Positions 28,544 to 39,900 of a stretch of DNA of 64,000 nucleotides are shown here, piece after piece. This DNA comes from Paracoccaceae bacterium (lineage in GTDB: Bacteria > Pseudomonadota > Alphaproteobacteria > Rhodobacterales > Rhodobacteraceae): NCBI GenBank assembly GCA_041441915.1, contig JASDRS010000017.1, positions 63,016 to 127,015 on the forward strand, given 5' to 3'. The position numbers were made by a program, and so were the translations under genes. Position 1 is the stretch's first letter, and each line of letters starts with the position of its first letter. Under the pieces are notes generated by a model. That model ran no database searches and was not told where the DNA came from. It saw only the letters and a list, made by a program, of their open reading frames with translations.

Positions 28544-29476
28544 TCAGCGTGAGGCATGAAATGTATGAGCGAGCGATGCAGGCGCGGCTAAGGTGGCACG
28601 GCTTTTATCTGACGACATCACAACCAATACAATGATTGTTATCAGATATGGAGACATCGACAAGTATTCTACTGGAATATTAACACCTGCCGCTTGCAGG
28701 TTGAGTTGTAAAACAGTTATTCCGCCGAAAATATAGGCACCAAGTAAAATACGCCAAGGTTTCCAACTTGCGAAGACCACAATAGCGAGTGCAATCCAGC
28801 CTGCACCAGCAGTGATGCCGTCGGTCCATTGGGGAACACGAATCAGTGCAATATAGCTTCCACCCAAGCCTGCCATAAATCCACCAAACATTATTGCTAA
28901 TATGCGAACATAAATTACTTTATATCCCAAGGCATGTGCAGCGTCATGATTGTCACCGACTGCTCGCAAGACAAGGCCAATATGTGTATATTTGAGTACT
29001 GCCCAAACTCCAGCTACAAAAAATATAGACAGGTAGACAATCAGGTCGTGTTGAAAAAAAATCTTGCCTAAAACAGGAACCTTAGCCAAGAGCCCAAATG
29101 AAATATCACCCATTTCTGGTGGCAGAATTCCACCATACTCTTGCCCAATCAAGGATGATAGCCCAAGACCAAACATTGTCAGTGCTAGACCGGTAGCAAC
29201 TTGATTTGTCATCAGGTATTGGGTCAAAAGTGCAAAAACAAGGCTTAGCGCTGCAGCCCCCAATGCACCCCCGAAAAATCCCAAGGCAGCACTTTGCGTT
29301 TGCACTGCTGTAACAAACCCACAAACCGCCCCCATGATCATCATGCCCTCAACTCCAAGATTTAGGACACCCGCTTTCTCAACCACCAACTCACCTATTG
29401 CAGCTAAAATAATAGGCACCGCTGCGACCATAATCGCTGCTATCAAAACAGAAGGAGTAATAGAGAAAAGATCCAT
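28544..29476 (-). CDS. ABC transporter permease (BMP-type system)
   Basis: 310 aa polytopic protein. Its start shares a base with the upstream permease stop. Confidence 0.85.
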   Translation of the reverse strand: MDLFSITPSVLIAAIMVAAVPIILAAIGELVVEKAGVLNLGVEGMMIMGAVCGFVTAVQTQSAALGFFGGALGAAALSLVFALLTQYLMTNQVATGLALTMFGLGLSSLIGQEYGGILPPEMGDISFGLLAKVPVLGKIFFQHDLIVYLSIFFVAGVWAVLKYTHIGLVLRAVGDNHDAAHALGYKVIYVRILAIMFGGFMAGLGGSYIALIRVPQWTDGITAGAGWIALAIVVFASWKPWRILLGAYIFGGITVLQLNLQAAGVNIPVEYLSMSPYLITIIVLVVMSSDKSRATLAAPASLAHTFHASR

Positions 29477-30582
29477 TATGCAGCCCTTGTTTTTTTAAAG
29501 CGAATTCGAAAGTTGGTCAAAATATCGATGCCCAGTAAGAAAAATAACAGCATCCCTTGGAAGGCCTGAATCGCGGCAGAGGGCAGGCCCAGGTTCGTTG
29601 CCGCATTCTCGCCCCCAATATAGGTGAGTGACATTAAAAGCCCTGCAAGTGCAATGCCTATGGGATGTAGCCTGCCAAGAAATGCAACAATGATGGCAGT
29701 GAAGCCATATCCCACATTAAAATTAATACTAATTTGTGCCGCAGGCCCCGCCACTTCAAACATTCCCGCCACCCCTGCCAAAGCACCTGAAATCCCAAGG
29801 CAAATTACGATCATTTTATTGGGGTTGATGCCAGCAAAACGTGCCGCTTTCGGTGCTTGGCCTGATAGGTTTATGTGGAAGCCAAGAATATGGCGTTGCA
29901 ACAGAAAATGAGCCGCTATCACTGCACCCGTAGCCGCAATCACGCCCCAGTGGGCCCCCGTGCCTGCGATCAACTCATGGTTGGCCGCCGAAGGGTATTG
30001 CGAAAGATTGCGCGATCCAGGAAAGCCATTTCCCTCCGGATTGCGCATCAATCCAACTGCCATAGACGCCAAAATTGCCTGTGCAACGTATACTAAAAGT
30101 AAAGACACCAGTATTTCATTGGTATTAAACTTCGTACGCAAAAGGGCTGGTATCATTGCCCAAAGCCAACCCCCAAAGAGGCCAGCGAAGATCATGAGTG
30201 GAAATAAATACCAAGCCTCTAGTGGGTAAACCGCTAATGCCACTCCAGCACCAAAAATTGCGCCCATAATATATTGTCCTTCAGCGCCAATATTCCAGAT
30301 ACCAGCGCGAAAGCCTATACTCAGGCCAATGGCAATTAGAACTAAAGGCGCAGCCTTGACGAGCAATTGGCCACGGAAATAAAAGGCATACTCTCCCAAA
30401 ATAGGGTCCCAAAAAATAGTACGCATGGCAAGCAGTGGATTTTTTCCTAAAAGTGCAAACAATATCCCACCCGCAATCATGGTCAGAAATACCGCGAAAA
30501 TCGGGGTCGTTCGGGCCCAAAAAATTGATGGTATGGGCCTTTTTTCTAACTTAAACATGTGCCACCTCTTGAATTTGAACAC
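29476..30582 (-). CDS. ABC transporter permease (BMP-type system)
   Basis: 368 aa polytopic protein. The start may instead be the Met at 30558. Confidence 0.85.
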   Translation of the reverse strand: MFKFKRWHMFKLEKRPIPSIFWARTTPIFAVFLTMIAGGILFALLGKNPLLAMRTIFWDPILGEYAFYFRGQLLVKAAPLVLIAIGLSIGFRAGIWNIGAEGQYIMGAIFGAGVALAVYPLEAWYLFPLMIFAGLFGGWLWAMIPALLRTKFNTNEILVSLLLVYVAQAILASMAVGLMRNPEGNGFPGSRNLSQYPSAANHELIAGTGAHWGVIAATGAVIAAHFLLQRHILGFHINLSGQAPKAARFAGINPNKMIVICLGISGALAGVAGMFEVAGPAAQISINFNVGYGFTAIIVAFLGRLHPIGIALAGLLMSLTYIGGENAATNLGLPSAAIQAFQGMLLFFLLGIDILTNFRIRFKKTRAA

Positions 30583-32068
30583 CTCCCATCACCAGCCCAA
30601 TTTCCTTGATGCCTAGACCTGCAACAGGGCGAGGTGGTGATAGGAAACCTTCATTAAGGGCGGCAAATTGGTCTGCGACTTGAAGCAATTCGTCCAAGTC
30701 TTGGCTGATCAGAACAACCGCGGTGCCAAGAGCCGCCAAATCAAGAAGTGCCTGGCGAATAGCACTTGCGGCAGATGCATCTACCCCCCAAGTTGGCTGG
30801 TTTATGACGATGACACGGGGCGTTTGTAATATCTCGCGGCCAATGACGAACTTTTGTAAATTTCCCCCCGACAGGGCGCGGGCCACTGTTTGTGATGAGG
30901 GAGTGCGGACGTCAAAATCATTAATTATTTTATCGGCAAAATCGCGGGTCTTGACCCAATCAATCCATCCGCCATGCACCAAATTTTGTCGCGTGGCACC
31001 GGATAAAAGGGCATTTTCAACCAGTGTCATATCTGGGGCTGCGGCATGACCTAACCGCTCTTCTGGTGCCGATACAAGTCCTGTGCTGCGCCGATTATTT
31101 GGGCTCCATTGGCCAATATTTTCCTCCAAAACTTGTATAGCGGCACTAGGGCTTAGACTTTCCCCGGAAAGCGCCTTTAATAATTCGTCTTGGCCATTTC
31201 CCGCAACGCCTGCAATACCCAAGATCTCGCCTTCGTGCACTTTAAATGAAATATTTTTAAGCGACGTCCCAAAGGGATCGGGAGACGCGAGGCAAAGGTT
31301 TGTGACTTCAAGCGCTACTGCGCCCATGGGTTTTTCGCGTCGTTCTGGTGGGATTAGAGTAGAACCCACCATCAACTCAGCCAGTTGGGCTGTGCTTTTT
31401 TCTTTTGGATCACAGCGCGCCACCACCTTGCCGCGTCGCAGAATAGTTGCAGCCTCGCAAAGGTTACAAATTTCTTCAAGCTTGTGGCTGATATATAAAA
31501 TTGCGGTGCCTTCAGAGGCTAGTTTGCGCAGGGTTTTGAACAGAATTTCAACTTCCTGTGGTGTTAAAACTGATGTGGGCTCATCCATGATCAAAAGCTT
31601 GGGATCTTGTAGAAGGCAACGAATAATCTCCACTCTCTGACGTTCGCCTGCGGAAAGATCACCAACGATGCGGTGTGGGTCAAGCGGCAGACCATAAGCG
31701 TTTGATACCTCTTTGATGCGATCTGCCAAAAGGGAAATCTTAGGTGGTTTTCCCATACCCAGCGCCACATTTTCGGCAACGTTAAGTGCCTCGAAGAGGC
31801 TGAAATGCTGAAATACCATACCCACCCCGTTGGTTCGGGCAGTGCTGGGGGCTTTTGGTGCATATGGCTGACCTAGGATCTGCATTTGTCCATGATCAGG
31901 CTGTACAAGCCCATAGATTATTTTCACAAGAGTTGACTTTCCTGCTCCATTTTCGCCCAATAAAGCATGTATCTCTCCCGTGCCTATAGAAAAGCTGACG
32001 TCCTGATTGGCGACGACACCCGGATAAGCTTTTGTTAGGCCCTGAAGCTTCATAAACGTTTGGGTCAT
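30551..32068 (-). CDS. ABC transporter ATP-binding protein (tandem ATPase domains)
   Basis: 505 aa with GENGAGKST and LSAGERQ in the first domain and LSGGNLQK in the second. It overlaps the xdhC stop by 4 nt. Confidence 0.9.
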   Translation of the reverse strand: MTQTFMKLQGLTKAYPGVVANQDVSFSIGTGEIHALLGENGAGKSTLVKIIYGLVQPDHGQMQILGQPYAPKAPSTARTNGVGMVFQHFSLFEALNVAENVALGMGKPPKISLLADRIKEVSNAYGLPLDPHRIVGDLSAGERQRVEIIRCLLQDPKLLIMDEPTSVLTPQEVEILFKTLRKLASEGTAILYISHKLEEICNLCEAATILRRGKVVARCDPKEKSTAQLAELMVGSTLIPPERREKPMGAVALEVTNLCLASPDPFGTSLKNISFKVHEGEILGIAGVAGNGQDELLKALSGESLSPSAAIQVLEENIGQWSPNNRRSTGLVSAPEERLGHAAAPDMTLVENALLSGATRQNLVHGGWIDWVKTRDFADKIINDFDVRTPSSQTVARALSGGNLQKFVIGREILQTPRVIVINQPTWGVDASAASAIRQALLDLAALGTAVVLISQDLDELLQVADQFAALNEGFLSPPRPVAGLGIKEIGLVMGGVQIQEVAHV

Positions 32069-33042
32069 GCGCGGGCCTTTTGGTTTTCAGAGGCTTCAGA
32101 ATTTTTATGATTAGTTAGCCTCAATAATTTGGCTCCCACGCCTAAGGCAATGGAGTAGGGCTCTTTGCCGAGCATTGGGTCGCCTATTGGGCAAGTGATT
32201 AAGGCGCGGGCGTGCGGGGGGTGGCCTAATTTGGCTAAGCGCCTAGAAAACCTAACCCATTTGGTTTGCGACCCTATCAGTCCTAGCGAGGAAAATCCTC
32301 GCTTCAGTAGCCGGTGACACAGCTCTAGGTCCAAAGTGTGAGAATAGGTCAAGACCAGGTGATGCGTCGATGATGGGGCATGATCAGTAAGGCTTGATAT
32401 GTTTTCGGCCCAAAGCTGAGTGATGCTTGGTGAGACCTTGATCGGAAAGCGGTCGGGCGCGACATCGATCCACGTAATTTTGAACTGTTTTAGGGGCGCA
32501 AATACCTCAACTAGGGCCCGACCCACATGGCCTGCTCCCCAGATCCACAGCGGTATTTGGGGAGCTTGCAGCGCTTCGATGATCCACCCATCTGTTACGC
32601 CTGATATTGGACTTTGGCCCTGCGCACGTGCCTTGGCTAAAATGCGACTTACACTTAGTGGCATGGCGTTGTTGTGTGCGCTATCTAGCGGGCGGGCGTA
32701 AAGCAATTGGCCGGCAAGATCACTTAGTGTGGCTTGGGTGAACACCTCTGTAAAAAGTGTGACTGAACCGCCGCAACATTGCCCTAAGGCTGGCCCCAAA
32801 GAATGGCGGGTAACTGCTGAGGTGCCATTGGGTAAAAGGCTTGCAGCTTTTGCGATGGCTTGCCATTCCAAAGCCCCACCGCCGACAGTTCCTGAGTGTT
32901 CGATCTGGCCCAAAGCATCACACCAAACCAGCATCGACGCTCCGGTTTCGCGCGGAGTCGACCCTGCGGTTTCCGCCACCACGATGCGGGACACGGGCTC
33001 ATGTGTTTTTAGCATGGCTTCAAGCGCGGTCAGGTCAATCAT
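32065..33042 (-). CDS. xdhC: xanthine dehydrogenase accessory (Moco insertion) protein
   Basis: 325 aa resembling XdhC/CoxI-family proteins. It is translationally coupled to xdhB by a 4-nt overlap. Confidence 0.85.
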   Translation of the reverse strand: MIDLTALEAMLKTHEPVSRIVVAETAGSTPRETGASMLVWCDALGQIEHSGTVGGGALEWQAIAKAASLLPNGTSAVTRHSLGPALGQCCGGSVTLFTEVFTQATLSDLAGQLLYARPLDSAHNNAMPLSVSRILAKARAQGQSPISGVTDGWIIEALQAPQIPLWIWGAGHVGRALVEVFAPLKQFKITWIDVAPDRFPIKVSPSITQLWAENISSLTDHAPSSTHHLVLTYSHTLDLELCHRLLKRGFSSLGLIGSQTKWVRFSRRLAKLGHPPHARALITCPIGDPMLGKEPYSIALGVGAKLLRLTNHKNSEASENQKARA

Positions 33043-35339
33043 AGGTCGCCCCCCGGGATAAGGCGTAAAATATTTTCTGGGGTTGCTGGAGCTTTCAGAG
33101 CTGGATAGCGCTGCGCGGCCCCACTTTTATGGTCTGTCCCACTACCCGCTATCGCATCAGAAATCGCAAAAAAGGCTGAAATTCCCAGCATAAATGGTGG
33201 CTCACCCACAGCTTTTGAACGCCCAACAGTGTCTTCAGGATTGGGCCTGTCCCAGAGCGTTACGTTGAAAACATCGGGCCTGTCTGAGCAGGCAGGAATT
33301 TTATAGGTAGAAGGAGCATGGGTGCGCAGGCGCCCCTTATCGTCCCAAATCAGCTCTTCCGTGGTTAGCCAACCTGCGCCTTGCACGTATGCCCCTTCGA
33401 TCTGGCCTATATCAAGCGCGGGGTTCAGGCTTTTGCCTGTGTCATGCAAAATATCAGTGCGTAAAATACGGTTTTCACCCGTTAACGTATCAATCACCAC
33501 TTCGGTCACAGCCGCGCCATAGGCGAAATATAAAAATGGCCGCCCACGGCCCGCTTTGCGATCCCATGTGATTTTGGGCGTGGCGTAATAGCCTGTGGAT
33601 GACAACGAAATACGAGCCAAATAGGCCATTTGTGCTACTTGGGCAAAGCCAAACACCTTGGAACCAACATGAACCTGGCCCTGTTCAAAGCGAATGGTGC
33701 TGGCACCTATGTCATAGGTTTGCGCCAGATGCGCGATCATGCGCCCTTTAATTGTGCGAGTGGCATTTTGGGCGGCCATGCCATTTAGATCAGATCCAGA
33801 AGACGCGGCAGTGGCAGAAGTATTAGGCACTTTTCCTGTGTCGGTTGCTGTGATTTTTATCGCCGCCACATCGACCCCAAATTCGCTGGCGACTACCTGT
33901 GCCACTTTTAAAAAAAGCCCTTGCCCCATTTCGGTGCCGCCATGATTAAGCGCAATCGAGCCATCTTGGTAAACATGAACCAAGGCGCCGGCTTGGTTCA
34001 AATGGGTTAAGGTAAATGACACGCCGAATTTCACCGGCGTAAGGGCAATGCCGCGTTTTAGAATCAGGTTTTTTTGGTTCCATTCGGCGATTTCAGCACG
34101 GCGATTGGTGTAGTTCGAAGTGGTTTCAAGCTCTTGAACCAGATCAGTCAAAACACTGTCTTCTACTGCCATATGATATGGTGTGGTTTGCTTGCCTGTT
34201 GTGTTATAAAAATTGGCTTTGCGCACCTGCAATGGGTCTTGACATAAATGGTGTGCTATATGGTCAATCACGCGTTCAATACCAATCATGCCTTGGGGCC
34301 CGCCAAAGCCACGAAAAGCAGTGGCCGATTGGGTGTTTGTGCGCAAACGGTGACTTTCTATGCTGACCGAAGGCAGATGATAGGCGTTATCGGCGTGCAG
34401 CATGGCGCGGTCTGCCACGGGCAATGACAGATCAAGCGACCAGCCACAGCGAAACAGATGTTTAAATGCGACCCCCGTAAGCTTGCCTGTCGTATCAAAG
34501 CCAGCGTGGTAATGAATGCGTATATCATGGCGTTTGCCAGTGATCATCATGTCATCGTCACGGTCATAGCGCATTTTGCAAGGCCCGCCTAAGGTGTGCG
34601 CCACCCAAGCGCAGGCCACGGCCAAAGCATTTCCTTGGCTTTCTTTGCCACCAAAGCCTCCGCCCATGCGGCGCACTTCGACCCGCACTTGATGCAGTGG
34701 CACGCCCAAAGCATGGGCCACCTTATGCTGCACTTCGCTGGGATGCTGGGTCGAAGAATGCACCAGCATCTCATTTTCCTCTTGCGGGATGGCAAGTGCG
34801 ACTTGCCCTTCTAGATAAAAATGCTCCTGCCCACCCACGTCAAACTCCCCCGAAATGATATGGGTGGCTTGCTCAATGGCAGCATTCACATCGCCTTTGG
34901 CCCAAAGAATGGGCCCATCTTCAAATCGACTGTTGGCTTCAAGCGCTTGTTCAATTGTTAGGATCGCGGGGCGTTCGTCGTAAGTGATCTTGGCCAAGCC
35001 CACCGCCTTGCGGGCCGCTAAATGTGACGTTGCCGCCACCAAAAAAATGGGTTGCCCCAGGTAATGAACAGTATCTTGCGCCAAAAGTGGCTCATCATGC
35101 GCCGAGGGGCTGCAATCGGGCATGGGGCTGATGTCACCAGGCCCATAAACCGCAACCACGCCTAAAGCTGCACGGACCGCGCTTAGGTCAATAGATGTGA
35201 TATGGCCATTTGCTATCTGCGATAGGCCGAAGGCCAGGTGAAGCGCATTGGCGGGCAAAGGCACATCGTCAACATAGCGCGCCGCACCCATAACATGTAA
35301 AAAAGCTGCATCATGGGGAAGTGTGGACCCGATGCTCAT
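33039..35339 (-). CDS. xdhB: xanthine dehydrogenase molybdopterin-binding subunit
   Basis: 766 aa with RRMGGGFGGKE and GTEMGQG motifs of the xanthine oxidase family. Confidence 0.92.
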   Translation of the reverse strand: MSIGSTLPHDAAFLHVMGAARYVDDVPLPANALHLAFGLSQIANGHITSIDLSAVRAALGVVAVYGPGDISPMPDCSPSAHDEPLLAQDTVHYLGQPIFLVAATSHLAARKAVGLAKITYDERPAILTIEQALEANSRFEDGPILWAKGDVNAAIEQATHIISGEFDVGGQEHFYLEGQVALAIPQEENEMLVHSSTQHPSEVQHKVAHALGVPLHQVRVEVRRMGGGFGGKESQGNALAVACAWVAHTLGGPCKMRYDRDDDMMITGKRHDIRIHYHAGFDTTGKLTGVAFKHLFRCGWSLDLSLPVADRAMLHADNAYHLPSVSIESHRLRTNTQSATAFRGFGGPQGMIGIERVIDHIAHHLCQDPLQVRKANFYNTTGKQTTPYHMAVEDSVLTDLVQELETTSNYTNRRAEIAEWNQKNLILKRGIALTPVKFGVSFTLTHLNQAGALVHVYQDGSIALNHGGTEMGQGLFLKVAQVVASEFGVDVAAIKITATDTGKVPNTSATAASSGSDLNGMAAQNATRTIKGRMIAHLAQTYDIGASTIRFEQGQVHVGSKVFGFAQVAQMAYLARISLSSTGYYATPKITWDRKAGRGRPFLYFAYGAAVTEVVIDTLTGENRILRTDILHDTGKSLNPALDIGQIEGAYVQGAGWLTTEELIWDDKGRLRTHAPSTYKIPACSDRPDVFNVTLWDRPNPEDTVGRSKAVGEPPFMLGISAFFAISDAIAGSGTDHKSGAAQRYPALKAPATPENILRLIPGGDL

Positions 35340-36742
35340 AGCGCCACCTCGGAGATATCAACAGATTTTCCGATTAAATCATTAAAATAGCGCTGTAAAA
35401 GATTGCGTGCCACGGCCCTACGGTAGTAGCTTGATGCACGCAGATCTGACAGGGGGCTGAAGTCGTCTTCAAGTGCAGGAGACGCAGTTTTTACCAGATT
35501 TTCGCTCCATTCTCTGCCCAAAAGTTGGTTTTCCAGCGCTGTGGCGCGTTGGGGTGTACCGCTCATTCCGCCGAAGGCAATACGAGCAGTGGTAATCAGT
35601 CCCTTGGCATCCACTGTGATGTTGAAGGCCCCACAAACTGCCGAAATATCTTGATCGCGCCGTTTTGAAATTTTGTAGCAGCGCAAGTTTTCGGCCTTGC
35701 GGGGCAAAGTAACTTTTTCCACAAATTCTCCTGCCAAACGGTCTTGGCGACCGTAAGCTAGAAAATAATCCTCGACCGGCATTGCTCGGCGGGTGTCGCC
35801 TTGGCGAAGATGTAAAGTGGCTCCCAGCGCAATTAACACGGGTGGGGCATCCCCAATAGGCGAGCCATTGGCGATATTGCCGCCGATTGTGGCGGCATGG
35901 CGCACTTGGTTTGACCCATAGCGGCTGAGAAGTGTCGCAAATGAAGGGTGAATGTCTTCCAGCACATCTTTAAGATCGGCGATGGTCACGCCCGCGCCAA
36001 CGGTGATGTCGTCTAGCCCATGGATGATAGTTTGCAAATCTTTAATCTGGCCCAAAAATGCAATCTTTGGTAGATCGCGCATGCCCTTGGTAACCCAAAG
36101 CCCAACATCGGTTGCGCCCGCAATCAAGGTAGCAGCAGGGTTTTCTAGATACCAAGCGGCGAATGAGTCGCTGGTTTTAGGGTGAAAATAGCTTTTTAGT
36201 GCGTCGTTCGTGTTGTGATCGCTTGCAGGCAGATCAAGCAATAGCTTTTTATCCATCCGCATTTGTTCAGGTACGGGAGCTACCTCGGCTGCTTTGGCAG
36301 CCCGGATGATAGGCGCATACCCCGTGCAGCGGCACAGATTTCCCGCCAGTATCTTATCATGATCACGTGCGCCTGACGCATGCGCCACCGCCATCGACAC
36401 CACAAAACCTGGCGTGCAAAAACCACATTGCGACCCGTGATGTGTCACCATTGCCGTTTGCACCGGATGGGGCGCCCCGCCAGGATCGGCCAAGCCTTCT
36501 ACCGTTCGTACCGCGCAGCTGTCAATTTGGGGTAGAAATAGCAAACAGGCATTCAAAGCGCGCACTCGACCCAAAGCATCAGTCACCATCACAGTGCAGG
36601 CGCCGCAGTCGCCTTCGTTGCAGCCTTCCTTTGTGCCGCAAAGTGCCTGAGTTTCCCGGAGATAATCTAGCACGGTTTGAGTGGCAGATACATTGCCAAT
36701 GCTCACCGGCGTTCCGTTCAAAAGAAACGAAATCTTGTTCAT
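35336..36742 (-). CDS. xdhA: xanthine dehydrogenase small subunit (2x[2Fe-2S] + FAD domain)
   Basis: 468 aa with CNEGDCGACTV and CRCTGY iron-sulfur motifs, followed by a FAD-binding domain. Confidence 0.92.
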   Translation of the reverse strand: MNKISFLLNGTPVSIGNVSATQTVLDYLRETQALCGTKEGCNEGDCGACTVMVTDALGRVRALNACLLFLPQIDSCAVRTVEGLADPGGAPHPVQTAMVTHHGSQCGFCTPGFVVSMAVAHASGARDHDKILAGNLCRCTGYAPIIRAAKAAEVAPVPEQMRMDKKLLLDLPASDHNTNDALKSYFHPKTSDSFAAWYLENPAATLIAGATDVGLWVTKGMRDLPKIAFLGQIKDLQTIIHGLDDITVGAGVTIADLKDVLEDIHPSFATLLSRYGSNQVRHAATIGGNIANGSPIGDAPPVLIALGATLHLRQGDTRRAMPVEDYFLAYGRQDRLAGEFVEKVTLPRKAENLRCYKISKRRDQDISAVCGAFNITVDAKGLITTARIAFGGMSGTPQRATALENQLLGREWSENLVKTASPALEDDFSPLSDLRASSYYRRAVARNLLQRYFNDLIGKSVDISEVAL

Positions 36743-36928
36743 GAGAAAACCTGCCGCCTTCTTTGCACACTGGCCTTTTGGCCTGTCTGCCGTCCCGATG
36801 CGACGTAAAGAGGGCTAGACACATCACACAAACAGTCTCATTAGATTCTTGCAAGCAAATTCTAATCTTTGGGCGGTTAATTCCAAACCATCCCTTTCCA
36901 CGGCCTAATCCACGCGCTAAGTGAAGGT

Positions 36929-39900
36929 ATGAGCCTTGACCCTAAATTTATTCACCTTCGCGTGCATACCGAATATTCCCTTCTTGAAGGGGCGGTGCCG
37001 GTGAAAAAATTGATAGCGCTTTGCGAAAGATACCACATGCCAGCGGTGGCGGTGACGGACACCAACAATATGTTTGCGGCCCTAGAGTTTTCGGTACTGG
37101 CCGTTGGTGCTGGGCTGCAGCCTATTATAGGCTGTCAGATCAATCTTGTTTATGAAATTGCAGCGCAAGGCGAAACACAGCGTGCGGGCGCTTTTGTGGT
37201 GTTGTTGGCCAAAAATGAAAAGGGCTATCGCAATTTATTGAAACTAAACTCGGCGCTGTATCTTGACCAGGGCGGGCAGTTACCGCAGGTGACACTGGAT
37301 GACTTGGCGAAGTATCACGACGGGATAATTTGCCTTTCTGGCGGCGCTGATGGCCCTGTGGGCCGCATATTGCAACTTGGCCAGACGGATAAAGCGCAAG
37401 CGCTGTTGGCACAATTGGCCACCATTTACCCCAGCCGCCTTTATGTCGAACTGCAGCGTCATTATAATGTCGAAGGCCGCCCGCATCCTGCAGAAGCCCT
37501 CACAGAGCGCGGCTTTGTTGAAATGGCTTACTCTATGGATCTGCCCTTGGTAGCCACCAATGATGTGTATTTTCCAGATCCAAAAATGTACCAAGCGCAT
37601 GACGCGTTGATTTGTATTGCCGAAGGCGCCTATCTAGACCAGCAAACTCCGCGCCGTCGGCTGACGCCTGCGCATTATTTTAAAACCGAAGACGAAATGG
37701 CGACCCTGTTCGCAGATTTGCCTGAAGCGATCAAAAATTCTGTTGAAATCGCCAAACGCTGTGCCTTTAAAGTGGCAAAGCACGCCCCAATCTTGCCACG
37801 CTTCGCCGATGATGAAGTAGTCGAACTGCGTCGCCAAGCGCATGAAGGTTTGACTGCGAGACTAACCGCCATCCCCCATGCCGTGAGCCCCAAAGACTAT
37901 CAGATGCGCTTAGATTTTGAGCTGGGAATAATCGAACAAATGGGCTTTCCAGGCTATTTTTTGATTGTGGCTGATTTTATCAAATGGGCCAAACTAAAGG
38001 GCATTCCTGTGGGGCCAGGCCGAGGGTCGGGGGCTGGGTCTTTGGTGGCCTATGCTTTAACGATCACTGACCTTGATCCTTTGCGCTACAATTTACTATT
38101 TGAACGATTTTTAAACCCCGAACGCGTGTCGATGCCTGACTTCGATATCGACTTTTGCATGGACCGACGCGAAGAAGTCATCCGCTATGTGCAAAACCGC
38201 TATGGCCGAGATCGCGTGGGCCAGATAATCACCTTTGGTGCGCTTTTATCAAAAGCGGCAGTTCGTGATGTGGGGCGGGTATTACAAATGCCTTATGGGC
38301 AAGTGGATCGCCTGTCAAAGATGATTCCAGTTGAGGGGGTGAAGCCAGTATCCATCACCAAAGCCTTGGCCGATGAACCACGCCTGCGCGAAGCCGCTAA
38401 ATCGGAAGAGGTAGTGGCTCGCCTTTTAGACTACGGCCAACAGATCGAAGGCCTGCTCCGTAATGCCTCGACCCATGCGGCGGGGGTGGTGATTGGCGAT
38501 CGCCCATTGGATGAATTGGTGCCGCTTTACCAAGATTCGCGCTCTGATATGCCCGCCACGCAGTTTAATATGAAATGGGTTGAAGCTGCTGGTTTAGTGA
38601 AGTTTGACTTTTTGGGTCTTAAGACCCTGACTGTTATTCAAAATGCAGTTGATCTTTTGGCACGACGCGGCATTGCCATAGATATTTCTATTATCCCGCT
38701 GGATGATCAGGCCAGCTACGAACTCTATGCCAGCGCCAAAACCGTAGCGGTGTTTCAAGTGGAAAGCTCGGGTATGATGGATGCGCTAAGGCGCATGAAG
38801 CCGACCTGTATTGAAGATATAGTTGCCTTGGTGGCGCTTTATCGCCCAGGCCCGATGGAGAATATCCCCACCTACTGTGAGGTGAAAAACGGCCTACGTG
38901 ATCTGGAATCAATTCATCCTATCATCGACCATATTTTAGCCGAAACCCAAGGGATCATCGTTTACCAAGAACAGGTAATGCAGATTGCGCAAGTCATGGC
39001 CGGCTATTCCTTGGGCGGGGCTGACCTATTGCGCCGCGCGATGGGCAAAAAGATCGCCGAAGAAATGGCCAAAGAGCGCCCCAAATTCATCGAAGGGGCC
39101 GCCAAAACCCACGGCATCATGGCTGACAAAGCGGGTGAGGTCTTCGATCTTTTGGAAAAGTTTGCTAATTACGGCTTTAACAAATCGCACGCAGCCGCAT
39201 ATGCGGTGGTCAGCTATCAAACAGCTTGGCTTAAGGCCAACTACCCCGTGGAATTTATGGCTGCGGTGATGAATTGCGATATACATTTAACTGACAAATT
39301 GGCAATTTATAAGCGCGAGGTTGATAGGCTTGGCCTGACGGTCGTGGCGCCATGCGTTAATGCAGGTCAGGCCAAATTTAGCGTGCGCGCTGGTGCGCTG
39401 GTTTACGGTCTTGGCGCGCTTAAAGGTGTTGGCGGCGATGCGATGAGCCTTGTAACCGGTGCGCGTCAAGTTGCAGATGTTGATAAAATATTTGTGAGCC
39501 TTTTTGATTTTGCGCGCCGGGTTGATATGAAACGGGTAGGGAAACGCCCGCTTGAGATGCTGGCCCGCGCGGGGGCCTTCGACTGCCTTGACCCAAACCG
39601 CGCGCGTGTGTTTGAAGCGCTTGATGCCTTGGTCGCTTTTTCTGCTGCAGTGCATGAAGCCGCAGGGTCGCAGCAGGTTTCTCTTTTTGGTGAAGCGGGG
39701 GCAGATCTGCCAGAGCCGCGCGTTCTGGGTCGCGATGATTGGCTCCCAATTGAACGCCTGACCCAAGAGCATCAGGCCATCGGATTTTACCTCTCGGGAC
39801 ACCCTTTGGATGATTACATGGGCCCGTTAAAACGCAAAGATGTTATGACTTTAGCTGAATTAACCCAAGCGGCGCAAAATGGCCCCTTGGTGGCAAAATT

